Positions 9,584 through 18,772 of a stretch of DNA of 64,000 nucleotides are shown here, piece by piece. The notes below the pieces were generated by a model that ran no database searches, had not been told where the DNA came from, and saw only the letters and a list, made by a program, of their open reading frames with translations. Origin of the DNA: an uncultured Methanomassiliicoccaceae archaeon (GTDB taxonomy: Archaea; Thermoplasmatota; Thermoplasmata; Methanomassiliicoccales; JACIVX01); the NCBI GenBank assembly GCA_964544915.1, contig CAZJDY010000013.1, positions 10,487 to 74,486 of the forward strand, written 5' to 3'. The first letter of the stretch is position 1; every line of letters starts with the position of its first letter. Made by a program: the position numbers and the translations under genes.

Positions 9584-9639
9584 GTATATCAGCTGTCTCG
9601 AATATCCCCGGATGAATCTGACATTGGCCAGTGTTGATG

Positions 9640-10740
9640 CTATCTTGCGTTCGACGCGGGAGCAGCAGATTTGACACGGTCTTTTTCATCATAGTACTTT
9701 CTTCGTATCCAGAATGCCACGTTTACCAGGCTGATCAGCACCGGCACTTCAATCAAAGGCCCGATGACCGCAGCGAACGCGATTCCCGATCCTATCCCGA
9801 ATACGCCAATAGCGACCGCGATCGCCAGCTCGAAGTTGTTGCTCGCGGCCGTGAAGCTCTGCGCCGCCGCATGAGGATAGTCGAACTTCAAGCGGATCGA
9901 GGAATAGAACGACACGAAGAACATTATCAGGAAGTAGATCACCAGCGGGATGGCTATCCTCACCACGTCGAGCGGCAGTTGGACGATGTACTCTCCCTTC
10001 AACGAGAACATGACGAGGATCGTGAACAGCAGGGCAAGCAAAGAGACCTTGCTGATCTTCGGGATGAACTTGTTGTCGTACCAGTCCGCTCCTTTTTTTG
10101 GAAGTAGTGTGTATCTCGTGATCACGCCGCCGAAGAACGGTATTCCAAGATATATCAGGACAGACTCTGCGACCTGCCAGATGGAGATGTTGACGGCGAC
10201 CCCCGAACCAGGAGCGATCGCTTCCGAGACGATGAATATCAGGAAGTACGCATAGAACGCGTACAGAATGATCTGGAATATCGAGTTGAGCGCGACGAGA
10301 ATAGCTGCATACTCCGAATCTCCCTCCGCCAGCTGATTCCAGACAAGGACCATCGCGATGCATCTGGCAAGCCCGGTCAGGATCAGACCGATCCTGTACT
10401 CGGGAAGGTCCGGAAGGAAAATCCAGGCGAGCGTAAACATGAGAAAAGGTCCGACAACATAGTTCAGAGTGAGGGAAAGCGAGAACATCCGCTTGGCTTC
10501 CGGCTGCTTCGTGAGTTTCGAAAGCTCCTCATACTTCACCTTCGCCAGCGGCGGATACATCATGAGTATCAGACCGATTGCGATCGGGATCGAGGTCGTT
10601 CCGATGCTCAGCGAGTTGAGCGCGTCGGCTATGCCAGGTATCACTGCGCCCAACCCAACGCCAATGAACATCGCAAGGAATATCCAAAGGGTCAGGTACC
10701 TGTTCAAGAAAGAGAGCTTCTTTGTGACTCTCTCAACCAT
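9640..10740 (-). CDS. acr3: Arsenite efflux permease, ACR3 family
   Basis: 366 aa with about 10 TM segments. Contains [16 protein letters not shown] and the conserved-Cys motif [14 protein letters not shown] typical of Acr3. Confidence 0.92.
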   Translation of the reverse strand: MVERVTKKLSFLNRYLTLWIFLAMFIGVGLGAVIPGIADALNSLSIGTTSIPIAIGLILMMYPPLAKVKYEELSKLTKQPEAKRMFSLSLTLNYVVGPFLMFTLAWIFLPDLPEYRIGLILTGLARCIAMVLVWNQLAEGDSEYAAILVALNSIFQIILYAFYAYFLIFIVSEAIAPGSGVAVNISIWQVAESVLIYLGIPFFGGVITRYTLLPKKGADWYDNKFIPKISKVSLLALLFTILVMFSLKGEYIVQLPLDVVRIAIPLVIYFLIMFFVSFYSSIRLKFDYPHAAAQSFTAASNNFELAIAVAIGVFGIGSGIAFAAVIGPLIEVPVLISLVNVAFWIRRKYYDEKDRVKSAAPASNAR

Positions 10741-11332
10741 GTGTCGCCCCCCCTGATGACCCGACCCACATATGACACGCTAGAAAATCCCGGTGCGCCA
10801 TTGCGATGGTTGTAAAGTATTTCAACAAAAACAGAATTACTTTCGAGCATAAAGACTTTTCACACGAGCACGGAATAGACCCATCTCCTGATATCAATCT
10901 GAGGCACGAATCCCTTCTGAACTCCGTGCTAGGTAAGAGAGAATCGTTGGGAAATCATGAAAGAGAGTGTTCGGCACGGTTGTAGTAAAGCAATGCAGCT
11001 GGGCGTCCACGGGACTCAGTTGAACTCTAAAATCGAAGTATCACAGAGAGGCACCTAATCATGTACCGAGCAGTGCGTAGCATTTACGGTTGATGCGAGC
11101 AGTCGAGCAGATATCGACCGAAGAGACCCGGGCCTCAAGGATCCCGAAATCAGAGAGCCGATCGCAGTCTGTGCTTCGGTCGCGGGTCATTGCGAAACAT
11201 ATCTGGTCCGCCCTTGATAGTATCAAAGCCTTAGTGTAGAAACTATCGCTAACGATTCACAAGAAGTCAATGGAAGAATGCGATTCTTAGGCCCGAATCG
11301 TACTTTTATTATGGAACATCCATTTCAACACG

Positions 11333-12313
11333 ATGACCGATTTCGATGCCGATGACGACTTGATTGTGTGGTTGCTCTCCGGGGAGCCTTGGACCAGGTA
11401 TCTGACGAGTGTCGACCTGCTGGGGATGGATGCGGCCGATCCCGACGTTCTCAAGGACAAGAGAGAAACGATTGCAGATTCTAGAATACGTGGTCTGATC
11501 GATGAGGTGAGAACATGGCCCTGGCCGCCGCTCACGAGCCATAAGAATGCCGGTCATGCGATACACAAATTGACCTTCCTCGCCGATCTCGGTCTGTCCA
11601 AGGAGGATTTGGATCTCTCAGGAACCGTATCCAGCATTCGCGCGAGCGCCTCCAAGGAGGGGCCATTTCAGGTCACCATGAAAATCTCTGAGAGCTACGG
11701 CGGATCTGGCAAGGATGAGTGCGCCTGGGCGCTTTGCGATGCTCCGCTACTGACCTATGCTCTTGTTAGGTTCGGGTGCATGGAGAATAAGAAAGTGGCG
11801 AAATCGATAGAATACCTGATTTCAATCGTTCGTCCGAACGGCTGGCCATGTACTGTCTCTCCCAGACTTGGGAAGTTCAGGGGACCGGGTAGGAAGGACG
11901 ACATGTGCCCCTATGCCACTCTGGTCATGTTGAAGCTGATCTCCGAGCTGCCTGAGGCAAGGGACGGCGAAGCTGCGAGGGCAGGTGCGGAAGCATTGCT
12001 CGAGCTTTGGGCTCACAGCAAAGATCGGCACCCATACATGTTCTACGCTGGAACAGACTTCCGGAAGTTGAAGGCACCCTTCGTTTGGTACGATATCCTA
12101 CATGTGGCAGAGGTTCTCACCAAGTTTCCTTGGTTGCACCAGGACGGGCGGCTCAAGGAGATGGTTCGGACGATCGAGATGAAGGCGGACAGCTCTGGCC
12201 GATTCGTACCGGAGTCGGCCTGGTCCTCCTGGAAGGACTGGGAGTTCGGTCAGAAGAAGGAACCCTCCAGGTGGCTGACATTAATGGTCAATCGCATTCT
12301 GAACAGATACTGA
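11333..12313 (+). CDS. Hypothetical protein (possibly alpha/alpha-toroid, prenyltransferase/terpene-cyclase-like repeats)
   Basis: 326-aa ORF with coding-like composition. Trp/Cys-rich repeats (GWPC, WALCDAPLL). The family assignment is a guess. Confidence 0.5.
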   Translation: MTDFDADDDLIVWLLSGEPWTRYLTSVDLLGMDAADPDVLKDKRETIADSRIRGLIDEVRTWPWPPLTSHKNAGHAIHKLTFLADLGLSKEDLDLSGTVSSIRASASKEGPFQVTMKISESYGGSGKDECAWALCDAPLLTYALVRFGCMENKKVAKSIEYLISIVRPNGWPCTVSPRLGKFRGPGRKDDMCPYATLVMLKLISELPEARDGEAARAGAEALLELWAHSKDRHPYMFYAGTDFRKLKAPFVWYDILHVAEVLTKFPWLHQDGRLKEMVRTIEMKADSSGRFVPESAWSSWKDWEFGQKKEPSRWLTLMVNRILNRY

Positions 12314-12530
12314 TCTTTCAGGTCGCAGGTGGAAAAGCGCTCGGCGTTCCGAAGGTGCAACGGATATGTTCATTGATTCGAGTCTGGACTGCGGGGCCTG
12401 AAAAGCTGGTCGACGCAAAGATGAAGGGCCGATCGGAACTTCGACGCAAGGAAAAGGGAACAAGGCAAGCAAGATGTCTATGATTATCGCTCAGTAGAGA
12501 AAGAAGAAAGGATAAAGGGTTTCGCCCTCC

Positions 12531-12551
12531 CTGGACCGAGCTGCGGTCCAG
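12531..12551. terminator. GC-rich hairpin between convergent genes
   Basis: CTGGACCG-agctg-CGGTCCAG: perfect 8-bp stem, 5-nt loop. It lies between the stop codons at 12313 (+) and 12572 (-). Confidence 0.35.
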
Positions 12552-12571
12552 AGAAGTCTATTGCTGGTCGT

Positions 12572-15061
12572 TCAGTGCCTTCTCGCTCTCAGCACCACGA
12601 TGACGATGATCGCCACCGCGGCGAAGATGAGTATCGCAACGATTACCCACATCGGGTCTATGCCGGACTTCTTCATCTCCATCTGCCCGAGTTCCATCGT
12701 CTGGCCCGGCTCGAGGGTCAGGTCCCTCGTCACCTGGTCGTACCCCTCTTTGCTGATTTTCAAGGTGTGCGACCCGGCGTAGGCTTCCAGAGTGAAGTAC
12801 CCGTCGCTGTCGGTCGTCGTCTGCTCTCCCGTCTCGAGGGACACGTTCGCTCCGACCACAGGCTGCCCGCCGGACATGATCCTTCCGCTGATCGTCCCCA
12901 TGCCGATCTTGAAAGTGACCGAGTCGGTGTTGGAGTTCGAAGCGTTGTCCACCACCTTGACCGTCACGACGTGCGTGCCGTTCGAGAGCGATGCATAGGT
13001 GTAGTTGGTGTCGTTCCCCATATTCAGCCAAAGCCCGCTGTCGAGCATTATCTCGTAGTAGGATACGCCCGATCCGGTATCTGACCCATCCCACTCAACC
13101 AGCATTGAATAGGTCGTTGCGTAAGTGCCGTCATCCGGGAAGGTGATCGTCACCGACGGGTCCGTATTATCAGGAACCAGGACCTCGACCTCGTTCCCGG
13201 CCGGTCCCTCGCCGTAGACGTTCACGGCCGCGACGTAGTACAGATAAGTCTTCCAGGCGCTGACGGAAGTGTCATTGTAAGTGGTGACGTCCCCAGAGAG
13301 CGAGATGACCGAGACGGACCCTCCCGGGTTCTCACGGTAGACATTGTAGTGCTTCACCGGAGAGCCTGCGGTGTAGTTCGGTGCCTCCCAGCTCAGGTCG
13401 ACCCAGGCATCGCCAGCAGTGGCAACCAGGTTCAATGGCCAGGAGACGAACGAGGTCAGCGGATAGTCGTCGACTCCAAGCCCGTCGAGCACGTAGGGCA
13501 CGTCGACGATTCCGTTCTTGTCCGCGTCCGGCGTCCTCCAGTCCCTCCAGTAGTTCCCGAACCCTTCGCTGGAGTTCCAGATGTTGGTGGCGGTTTCGTC
13601 GTACGCTTGCACGTGCGCGGCGCTGTACGCGTTCCCGGCTCCGTTGTTCTGCACCATGATGTTTAGGTAGATGAAGTTGCCAGCGCTGTTGTCTAGGTAT
13701 ATGCCGTACCCGGCGCTCAACCTGACGATGTTGTGCGCGATTGTGTTCTCGTCCGCGTGACCGATTAGAATCCCAAGCACGTCGTTCGAAACCAGCCGGT
13801 TCTCCCGGACGACGGAGTGCGAGTCCCCGTACGTCATCCAGATCCCATAGTCGCTGCCTGAGAAGTCGTTGCCTATGATCAAGTCGTAGTACGATTCCGT
13901 TGTGAGAAGCCCCGTTATGTCATTGCCAGAGCAGTTGTTGTTCTCGATATCGCTGTATTGGACGTACAGAAGTTCGATCCCGGTGCCGCACTCTGTTACG
14001 GTGTTGTTTCCCACGAAGCTGCGCCATGAGTCCTCAAGCATGATTCCCTTCGAATTGTCAAGGCAGGTGTTCTCCTCGATCGTGACATTGTCAGAGTCCT
14101 TCACGTAGATTCCAATGACGTTGTTCGGGCAGGTGTTGTTCTGGACGATGATGCCGTCCGCGAGTTCGGCAGTCAAACCATACCAGGACGGGCCGAACGA
14201 GTTGTCTGTGACGGAGTTGTTGTCCCCTTCGTAGACGCTCACCCCCGCCAGTGTGACACTCGTAGCGAAACTGTTACCGCTTATGACGTTCCTGTTCGAC
14301 CAACCCATCTTGATTGCGTACTTCCCGTTCGAGAAGCTGCAGTTCTGTACGATGTTGTCGTCGGCGACTTCCATGACGATCTGAACGTCGCAATCGTCGA
14401 ATTCGTTGTCGCTGATCGTGTTGTTGTAGGCGTACCCGAGAACGATGCAGTACTCGGAGTGTGTTGAGAATGTGTTGTTCGATATCATCGAGTTGTTCGA
14501 CTTCTCCACCTGGACGCCGCGGGCGCTGTAGGCGAAGTCGTTGTTGAGAATCCTTGTGGCCTCAGACTCGAAGTTCATCACAGCGTCGCCGGTGCATCTC
14601 AGTTTGTTCGTGTCGATTGTGACGTTGTCGCACTCGAACAGCGTGATATCGTCGATTACGTCTGCTATATCATTGAGCGTGATGAGACCGTTCGAAACGT
14701 TGTACAGCGTGATGCCTGATGCAGTGACATAGGGCCACTCGTAGGTGCTTGCCTCCCAGAGCACACAGTTCTTGATGACGAAATGGACCGTCGTATTGCC
14801 GACGTAGATTGGATCACTTGTCCAGTGACCGCTTATATCATAACCCTCAACCATGTAAGGGTCTGTAGCGCTCCCATCTCCCTCCCAGTTTTCCAAGAAA
14901 GCAATCGCCGCGAACTCGGTGTCATTGTTGATCCTTATCGGGTCATGGATTGTCCACAGGGCGGGAGATTGCTGCGGAACAAGGACGATCAAGCCAGAAA
15001 AAAGAAGCACAAGTCCCAAGATTGAAGCAGTCGCTTTGCTCATAAGGCATCCCTGTGACAT
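12572..15061 (-). CDS. Large secreted cell-surface protein: signal peptide, NosD-like right-handed parallel beta-helix repeats, FN3, Ig-like and carboxypeptidase-regulatory-like domains, C-terminal TM anchor
   Basis: 829 aa. N-terminal hydrophobic signal (ILGLVLLFSGLIVLV). Many ~22-residue N/D/G/I-rich repeats (ISDNEF, VQNCSF, ISGNSF, VTDNSF). FN3-like LSWEAPNY...YNVYR. GTISGRIM...DSDGYFTLEAY. C-terminal WVIVAILIFAAVAIIVIVVLRARRH. Numerous N-x-S/T sequons. Confidence 0.85.
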   Translation of the reverse strand: MSQGCLMSKATASILGLVLLFSGLIVLVPQQSPALWTIHDPIRINNDTEFAAIAFLENWEGDGSATDPYMVEGYDISGHWTSDPIYVGNTTVHFVIKNCVLWEASTYEWPYVTASGITLYNVSNGLITLNDIADVIDDITLFECDNVTIDTNKLRCTGDAVMNFESEATRILNNDFAYSARGVQVEKSNNSMISNNTFSTHSEYCIVLGYAYNNTISDNEFDDCDVQIVMEVADDNIVQNCSFSNGKYAIKMGWSNRNVISGNSFATSVTLAGVSVYEGDNNSVTDNSFGPSWYGLTAELADGIIVQNNTCPNNVIGIYVKDSDNVTIEENTCLDNSKGIMLEDSWRSFVGNNTVTECGTGIELLYVQYSDIENNNCSGNDITGLLTTESYYDLIIGNDFSGSDYGIWMTYGDSHSVVRENRLVSNDVLGILIGHADENTIAHNIVRLSAGYGIYLDNSAGNFIYLNIMVQNNGAGNAYSAAHVQAYDETATNIWNSSEGFGNYWRDWRTPDADKNGIVDVPYVLDGLGVDDYPLTSFVSWPLNLVATAGDAWVDLSWEAPNYTAGSPVKHYNVYRENPGGSVSVISLSGDVTTYNDTSVSAWKTYLYYVAAVNVYGEGPAGNEVEVLVPDNTDPSVTITFPDDGTYATTYSMLVEWDGSDTGSGVSYYEIMLDSGLWLNMGNDTNYTYASLSNGTHVVTVKVVDNASNSNTDSVTFKIGMGTISGRIMSGGQPVVGANVSLETGEQTTTDSDGYFTLEAYAGSHTLKISKEGYDQVTRDLTLEPGQTMELGQMEMKKSGIDPMWVIVAILIFAAVAIIVIVVLRARRH

Positions 15062-15062
15062 C

Positions 15063-15096
15063 TATTCCTTTCGAGTCTATTATTCCTTTCGAGTCT
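15063..15096. repeat. Tandem direct repeat (16-nt core, 18-nt period, 2 copies plus partial third) directly upstream of the surface-protein start
   Basis: TATTCCTTTCGAGTCT at 15063-15078 and 15081-15096. TCTATTCC recurs at 15102. Confidence 0.8.
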
Positions 15097-15380
15097 GTTT
15101 GTCTATTCCCAGTTCGAAGTCTTGAGGGTCTGAACGGGTTCGCTCTCCTGGGACGGCGAATCAGTGCCATGATCTCGTGCTGGCAATGACCCAATGCCCC
15201 CACTATCACCCTCTTCTGGCCGATGTACTCTGCTGAATCGTACATTATGATGTGGGTCCACCTGCTTCCGAATATGAGACCACCGACTCGCGGTGAAGGA
15301 TTCTCCCTCTTTCCGACTGCATTCCTGCAAGGAGGACCACATAGTTTAATCGAAAGAAGAACGTAATCGGTGTGAATCGA

Positions 15381-16302
15381 ATGAGTTCTTCAGAATTGAT
15401 GACAGCCCAGAATGGGTTGTCAGGCCAGCGATCGAACGAGCTCGTCAGCGTGGTCATACCGGTCTATAACAGAACCGACCTCTTGGCTCGAGCCATCCAA
15501 AGCGCTCTGAGCCAGACACACAAGGACCTTGAGATAATCGTCGTCGACGACGGGTCCAACATAGATATCAGGGCAACGGTAGAGAGCTTTCACGACCCTC
15601 GTGTCGCGTACTTCAGACATGAGAGCAACATGGGTGTATCCAGAGCAAGGAACACAGGGATCGAGAAGTCAAGGGGCAAGTATGTTGCTTTCCTCGACAG
15701 CGATGACGAGTGGAACATAAGGAAGATCGAGTCGCAGCTTGCAGCTATCCGAGGAAAAGGGCAGGAACACAAGGTGTGCTACTGCAGGATGGAACTGTTC
15801 GACGACGACCAGTCGAAGGCCGTCGCTTACTCCGAATATAGGCGCGAAGGGAGTATTCTGAACGACGTGCTTCACTGGAACTGCATCGGATCGCCCTCAT
15901 GCGTCATGGTTGAAAAGAAGACCCTTGAGGAAGTGGGGGGGGTTCGATCCCAATCTGCAGTACGTCGAGGACTGGGAGATGTGGATCAGACTTGCGGAAC
16001 GCCACATATTCGCGTGCGCCGATGATGTGCTAGTTCGATATCACATTCATCACAAAGGAAGACTAACCGATGGCGATCCAAAGGCATGTGCATCCCTCAG
16101 GAAGCTGTACGAGAAGCACGGTCGCCTGATAGGCAACAGCGTCAAGACCCGCTCGCTCTTCCTTTACTACATGGGCAATTGCCTCACGGTCAACGGGCGC
16201 AAACGCCAGGGAAGATCATACTACATCAGGTCCATAGCGCTCAATCCTTTGCAGAGAGACGCGTACAAGGCATTGATTCTCAGCCTCGCGAATCGATTGT
16301 AG
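15381..16302 (+). pseudogene. Family 2 glycosyltransferase interrupted by a +1 frameshift in a G8 run
   Basis: ORFs 15372..16025 and 15910..16302 encode the N-terminal part (VSVVIPVYNRTDLL...IIVVDDGS, LDSDDEW) and the C-terminal part (GGFDPNLQYVEDWEMWIRL) of one GT2. Removing one G from 15935-15942 gives the continuous ...LEEVGGFDPNLQ... Confidence 0.8.
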
Positions 16303-16340
16303 CTAGACGAAAACCGTTCGGAATCCTTCTTGCACATCTA

Positions 16341-17408
16341 TCAATGATGCACTGACGAAGAATCCAGGATCATGATGATGCCATCGAGCGTGCCCCTTGC
16401 ATAGTGAGCGAATCCCTTGAGGTCCCGGTGTGGTACAAGGAATGAGATGGCGCTGACCCAGCCCCAATAGATAAGCTGGTACGCCACGAAATATGAGAAT
16501 TGCCGTCCGTCGCCGAACTTCTTAACGAAGACAAATCCGTTTCTGCCAAGGTAATAGGCGCTTATGCTGGGAGTGAACGAATGCGAGCTCTTGTGCCATA
16601 TGACCGAACTTGGAGCGTAGATCAGTTTGTAACCGGCGATCGACGCCCTCTTGCAGTAGTCCAGATCCTCTCCGTACATGAAATAGATGGGATCGAGGAA
16701 TCCTATCTTCCTGATGACCTCTGCCTTGATCAACATGCAGCACCCATGGATGAGGTCGTAGCCCTCCTTCTGCCCGTCGTACTGCCCCTTGTCCACTTCA
16801 TCGAAACCGACGATCTCCAGTCTCCCCCTCTTCATGTCGTACGTCCCGCCGGCGTAATTGATCAGGTCGGTCCTGCCGTTCTTGTCGTAGAAGCGTATCT
16901 TCGAGCCCACGATCCCGACTTTCTCATCGCTCTGCGCCACTCTGACAAGTCGAGCGAGGAAATCCTTGTCCACTATGGTGTCGTTGTTCAACAGGAGCAC
17001 GAAATCCGAATCGAGATCGTCAATGGCATGCCTCATGCACAGGTTGCAGCCCTCTGCGAAGCCGAGGTTCTTGCCGCTCAGGACCAGCCTGAGCTTTCTG
17101 TTCGATGCCAGTTCCGAATGCTGCTTCACTTTCGCAGGAGATTCTCTTCCGACCTCATTGCTTTCAGCATCGATGACTTCGATCGGCTTGTTGCTCGGGT
17201 CATGCTCGAAGTACCTCGACCTCACCTGCATCCTGCCTGTACAATAATCCCTTATCCTCTCGACCGAATCATTCGGGGAACCGTTGTCCAGCACTATTGC
17301 TTCATAATTGTCATAATCGATCCGATACAGTGACTCGAGACACTCCACGGTGTCTTCCCATCCCTTCCAGTTGAGAATGACGATCGAGACCTTGGGAGAG
17401 GGCATCAT
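16341..17408 (-). CDS. Family 2 glycosyltransferase
   Basis: 355 aa. VSIVILNWKGWEDTVECLESL...AIVLDNGSPNDS and LLLNNDT (DxD-like), a GT2/rhamnosyltransferase-like layout. Confidence 0.85.
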   Translation of the reverse strand: MMPSPKVSIVILNWKGWEDTVECLESLYRIDYDNYEAIVLDNGSPNDSVERIRDYCTGRMQVRSRYFEHDPSNKPIEVIDAESNEVGRESPAKVKQHSELASNRKLRLVLSGKNLGFAEGCNLCMRHAIDDLDSDFVLLLNNDTIVDKDFLARLVRVAQSDEKVGIVGSKIRFYDKNGRTDLINYAGGTYDMKRGRLEIVGFDEVDKGQYDGQKEGYDLIHGCCMLIKAEVIRKIGFLDPIYFMYGEDLDYCKRASIAGYKLIYAPSSVIWHKSSHSFTPSISAYYLGRNGFVFVKKFGDGRQFSYFVAYQLIYWGWVSAISFLVPHRDLKGFAHYARGTLDGIIMILDSSSVHH

Positions 17409-17545
17409 GGTTCCTCGTGCGGATTATCAGACAACGGTTTTTCCAGTTATCAATCATTCGTTCGTGCGGGAGCCGCGACAATGGTTCGGTGAGTCGCCCA
17501 CGACTGCCGACCAGATTTGACGTCGAGAGGGGTCATCGAATCGGT

Positions 17546-18772
17546 TCAGCCTTTGCTTATCTCCGCGACGGATGTCGCCTTGTCGATCTCATTCTTCAGT
17601 TCGTCCGGTATGCCTCTTATCCCCACCTCGAGGAAGCCCCGCACGATCATGCCGACCGCCTCCTCCTGGCTCAGGCCCCGAGCCATGATGTACTCCACCT
17701 GGTCCTGCGCGATCTTCCCGACCGCTGCCTCGTGAGTCATCTCGACGTCCGGCACGGTCGCCTCGAGTTCCGGTATCGCGAGCTGGATGCCCTTCTCCTT
17801 GAGTATCAGGCCCTTGCACTCCAAGTGGGCCTTGATCCCGGGCGCGTTCCCGACCAGACGCCCCCTCGCGATCGATTTCCCACCGGTAGTGATCGTCCTC
17901 GAGAGTATCTCGGCCCTGGACTTTGGCGCGGACAGCACAATCCTCGACCCGATGTCGATTTCCGCCCCCGGATGCGCGATCGCTATCGTGTTGAACCTGC
18001 CTATCGCCCCTTCCCCTTCAAGCAGCGCCGTCGGATACATCTGGATGGTCCTGACGGGTTTGAGGCAGACATAGTTGTTGACGTAGGTGGCGCCCTTCCC
18101 CACCTTCACAACCGTTCTCGGCCTGACCCCGATCTGTTCCGCCCAGTTATGAATCATCGTGAATGTGAGCTTCCCCCCGTCCTTGATGTAGAACTCCGAG
18201 ATGCCCATGTGGAGCGCTCTCTCCACCCCGGGTCTCGCGGCGCATCCCGTCACGACCTCCAGCTCTGCTCCCTCCTCAACGATGACGATGTTGTGGACCG
18301 TCTGCGCGACGTTCTTGCTCCCGATCATCAGGCAGGTCTGTACCGGCAGCTTGGCGTTCATGCCAGCAGGCGCCCGGATGAAGTATCCGTCAGCGTTCTC
18401 GAGGAACGTCGTCGCGGTGTACTTGTCCGCTTCCGGGAGAACGGCCTTCCAGTAGTAGTCCTTGACCCAGTCGTACTTCTTCAGGGCCTGATGGGTGGAC
18501 ATCAATTCCACCCCCCTTCCCTTCTGGGACTCGTGCACGACGGTGTTGTCCATGAGCAGGAAGCTTCCGACCCTGCCCTCTCCTGTGGGGACGACGCCGG
18601 AGCTGAGGAGCGTCCTTTGCACGTCCTTGCTCAGATCCTCGAGGCTCTCCGCGGGCGCGAGGTCTCTTGGCGCGACATCGTACTTCTCGACGTCCAGGTC
18701 CTCACCGTAGGCAGCCTTCTTGGTGAGCGCTTCCTCGGCCTTCTTCCTCAGCTTATCTGGAGTATCTTGCAC
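17546..18772 (-). CDS. sufB: Fe-S cluster assembly scaffold SufB/SufD family
   Basis: SufBD beta-helix core (ADGYFIRAPAGMNAKLPVQTCLMIG..., AIAHPGAEIDIGSRIVL...). I place the start at GTG 18772 (MQDTPDKLRKK), overlapping the sufC stop by 25 nt. The ORF-track extension to 18955 runs inside sufC. Confidence 0.85.
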   Translation of the reverse strand: MQDTPDKLRKKAEEALTKKAAYGEDLDVEKYDVAPRDLAPAESLEDLSKDVQRTLLSSGVVPTGEGRVGSFLLMDNTVVHESQKGRGVELMSTHQALKKYDWVKDYYWKAVLPEADKYTATTFLENADGYFIRAPAGMNAKLPVQTCLMIGSKNVAQTVHNIVIVEEGAELEVVTGCAARPGVERALHMGISEFYIKDGGKLTFTMIHNWAEQIGVRPRTVVKVGKGATYVNNYVCLKPVRTIQMYPTALLEGEGAIGRFNTIAIAHPGAEIDIGSRIVLSAPKSRAEILSRTITTGGKSIARGRLVGNAPGIKAHLECKGLILKEKGIQLAIPELEATVPDVEMTHEAAVGKIAQDQVEYIMARGLSQEEAVGMIVRGFLEVGIRGIPDELKNEIDKATSVAEISKG

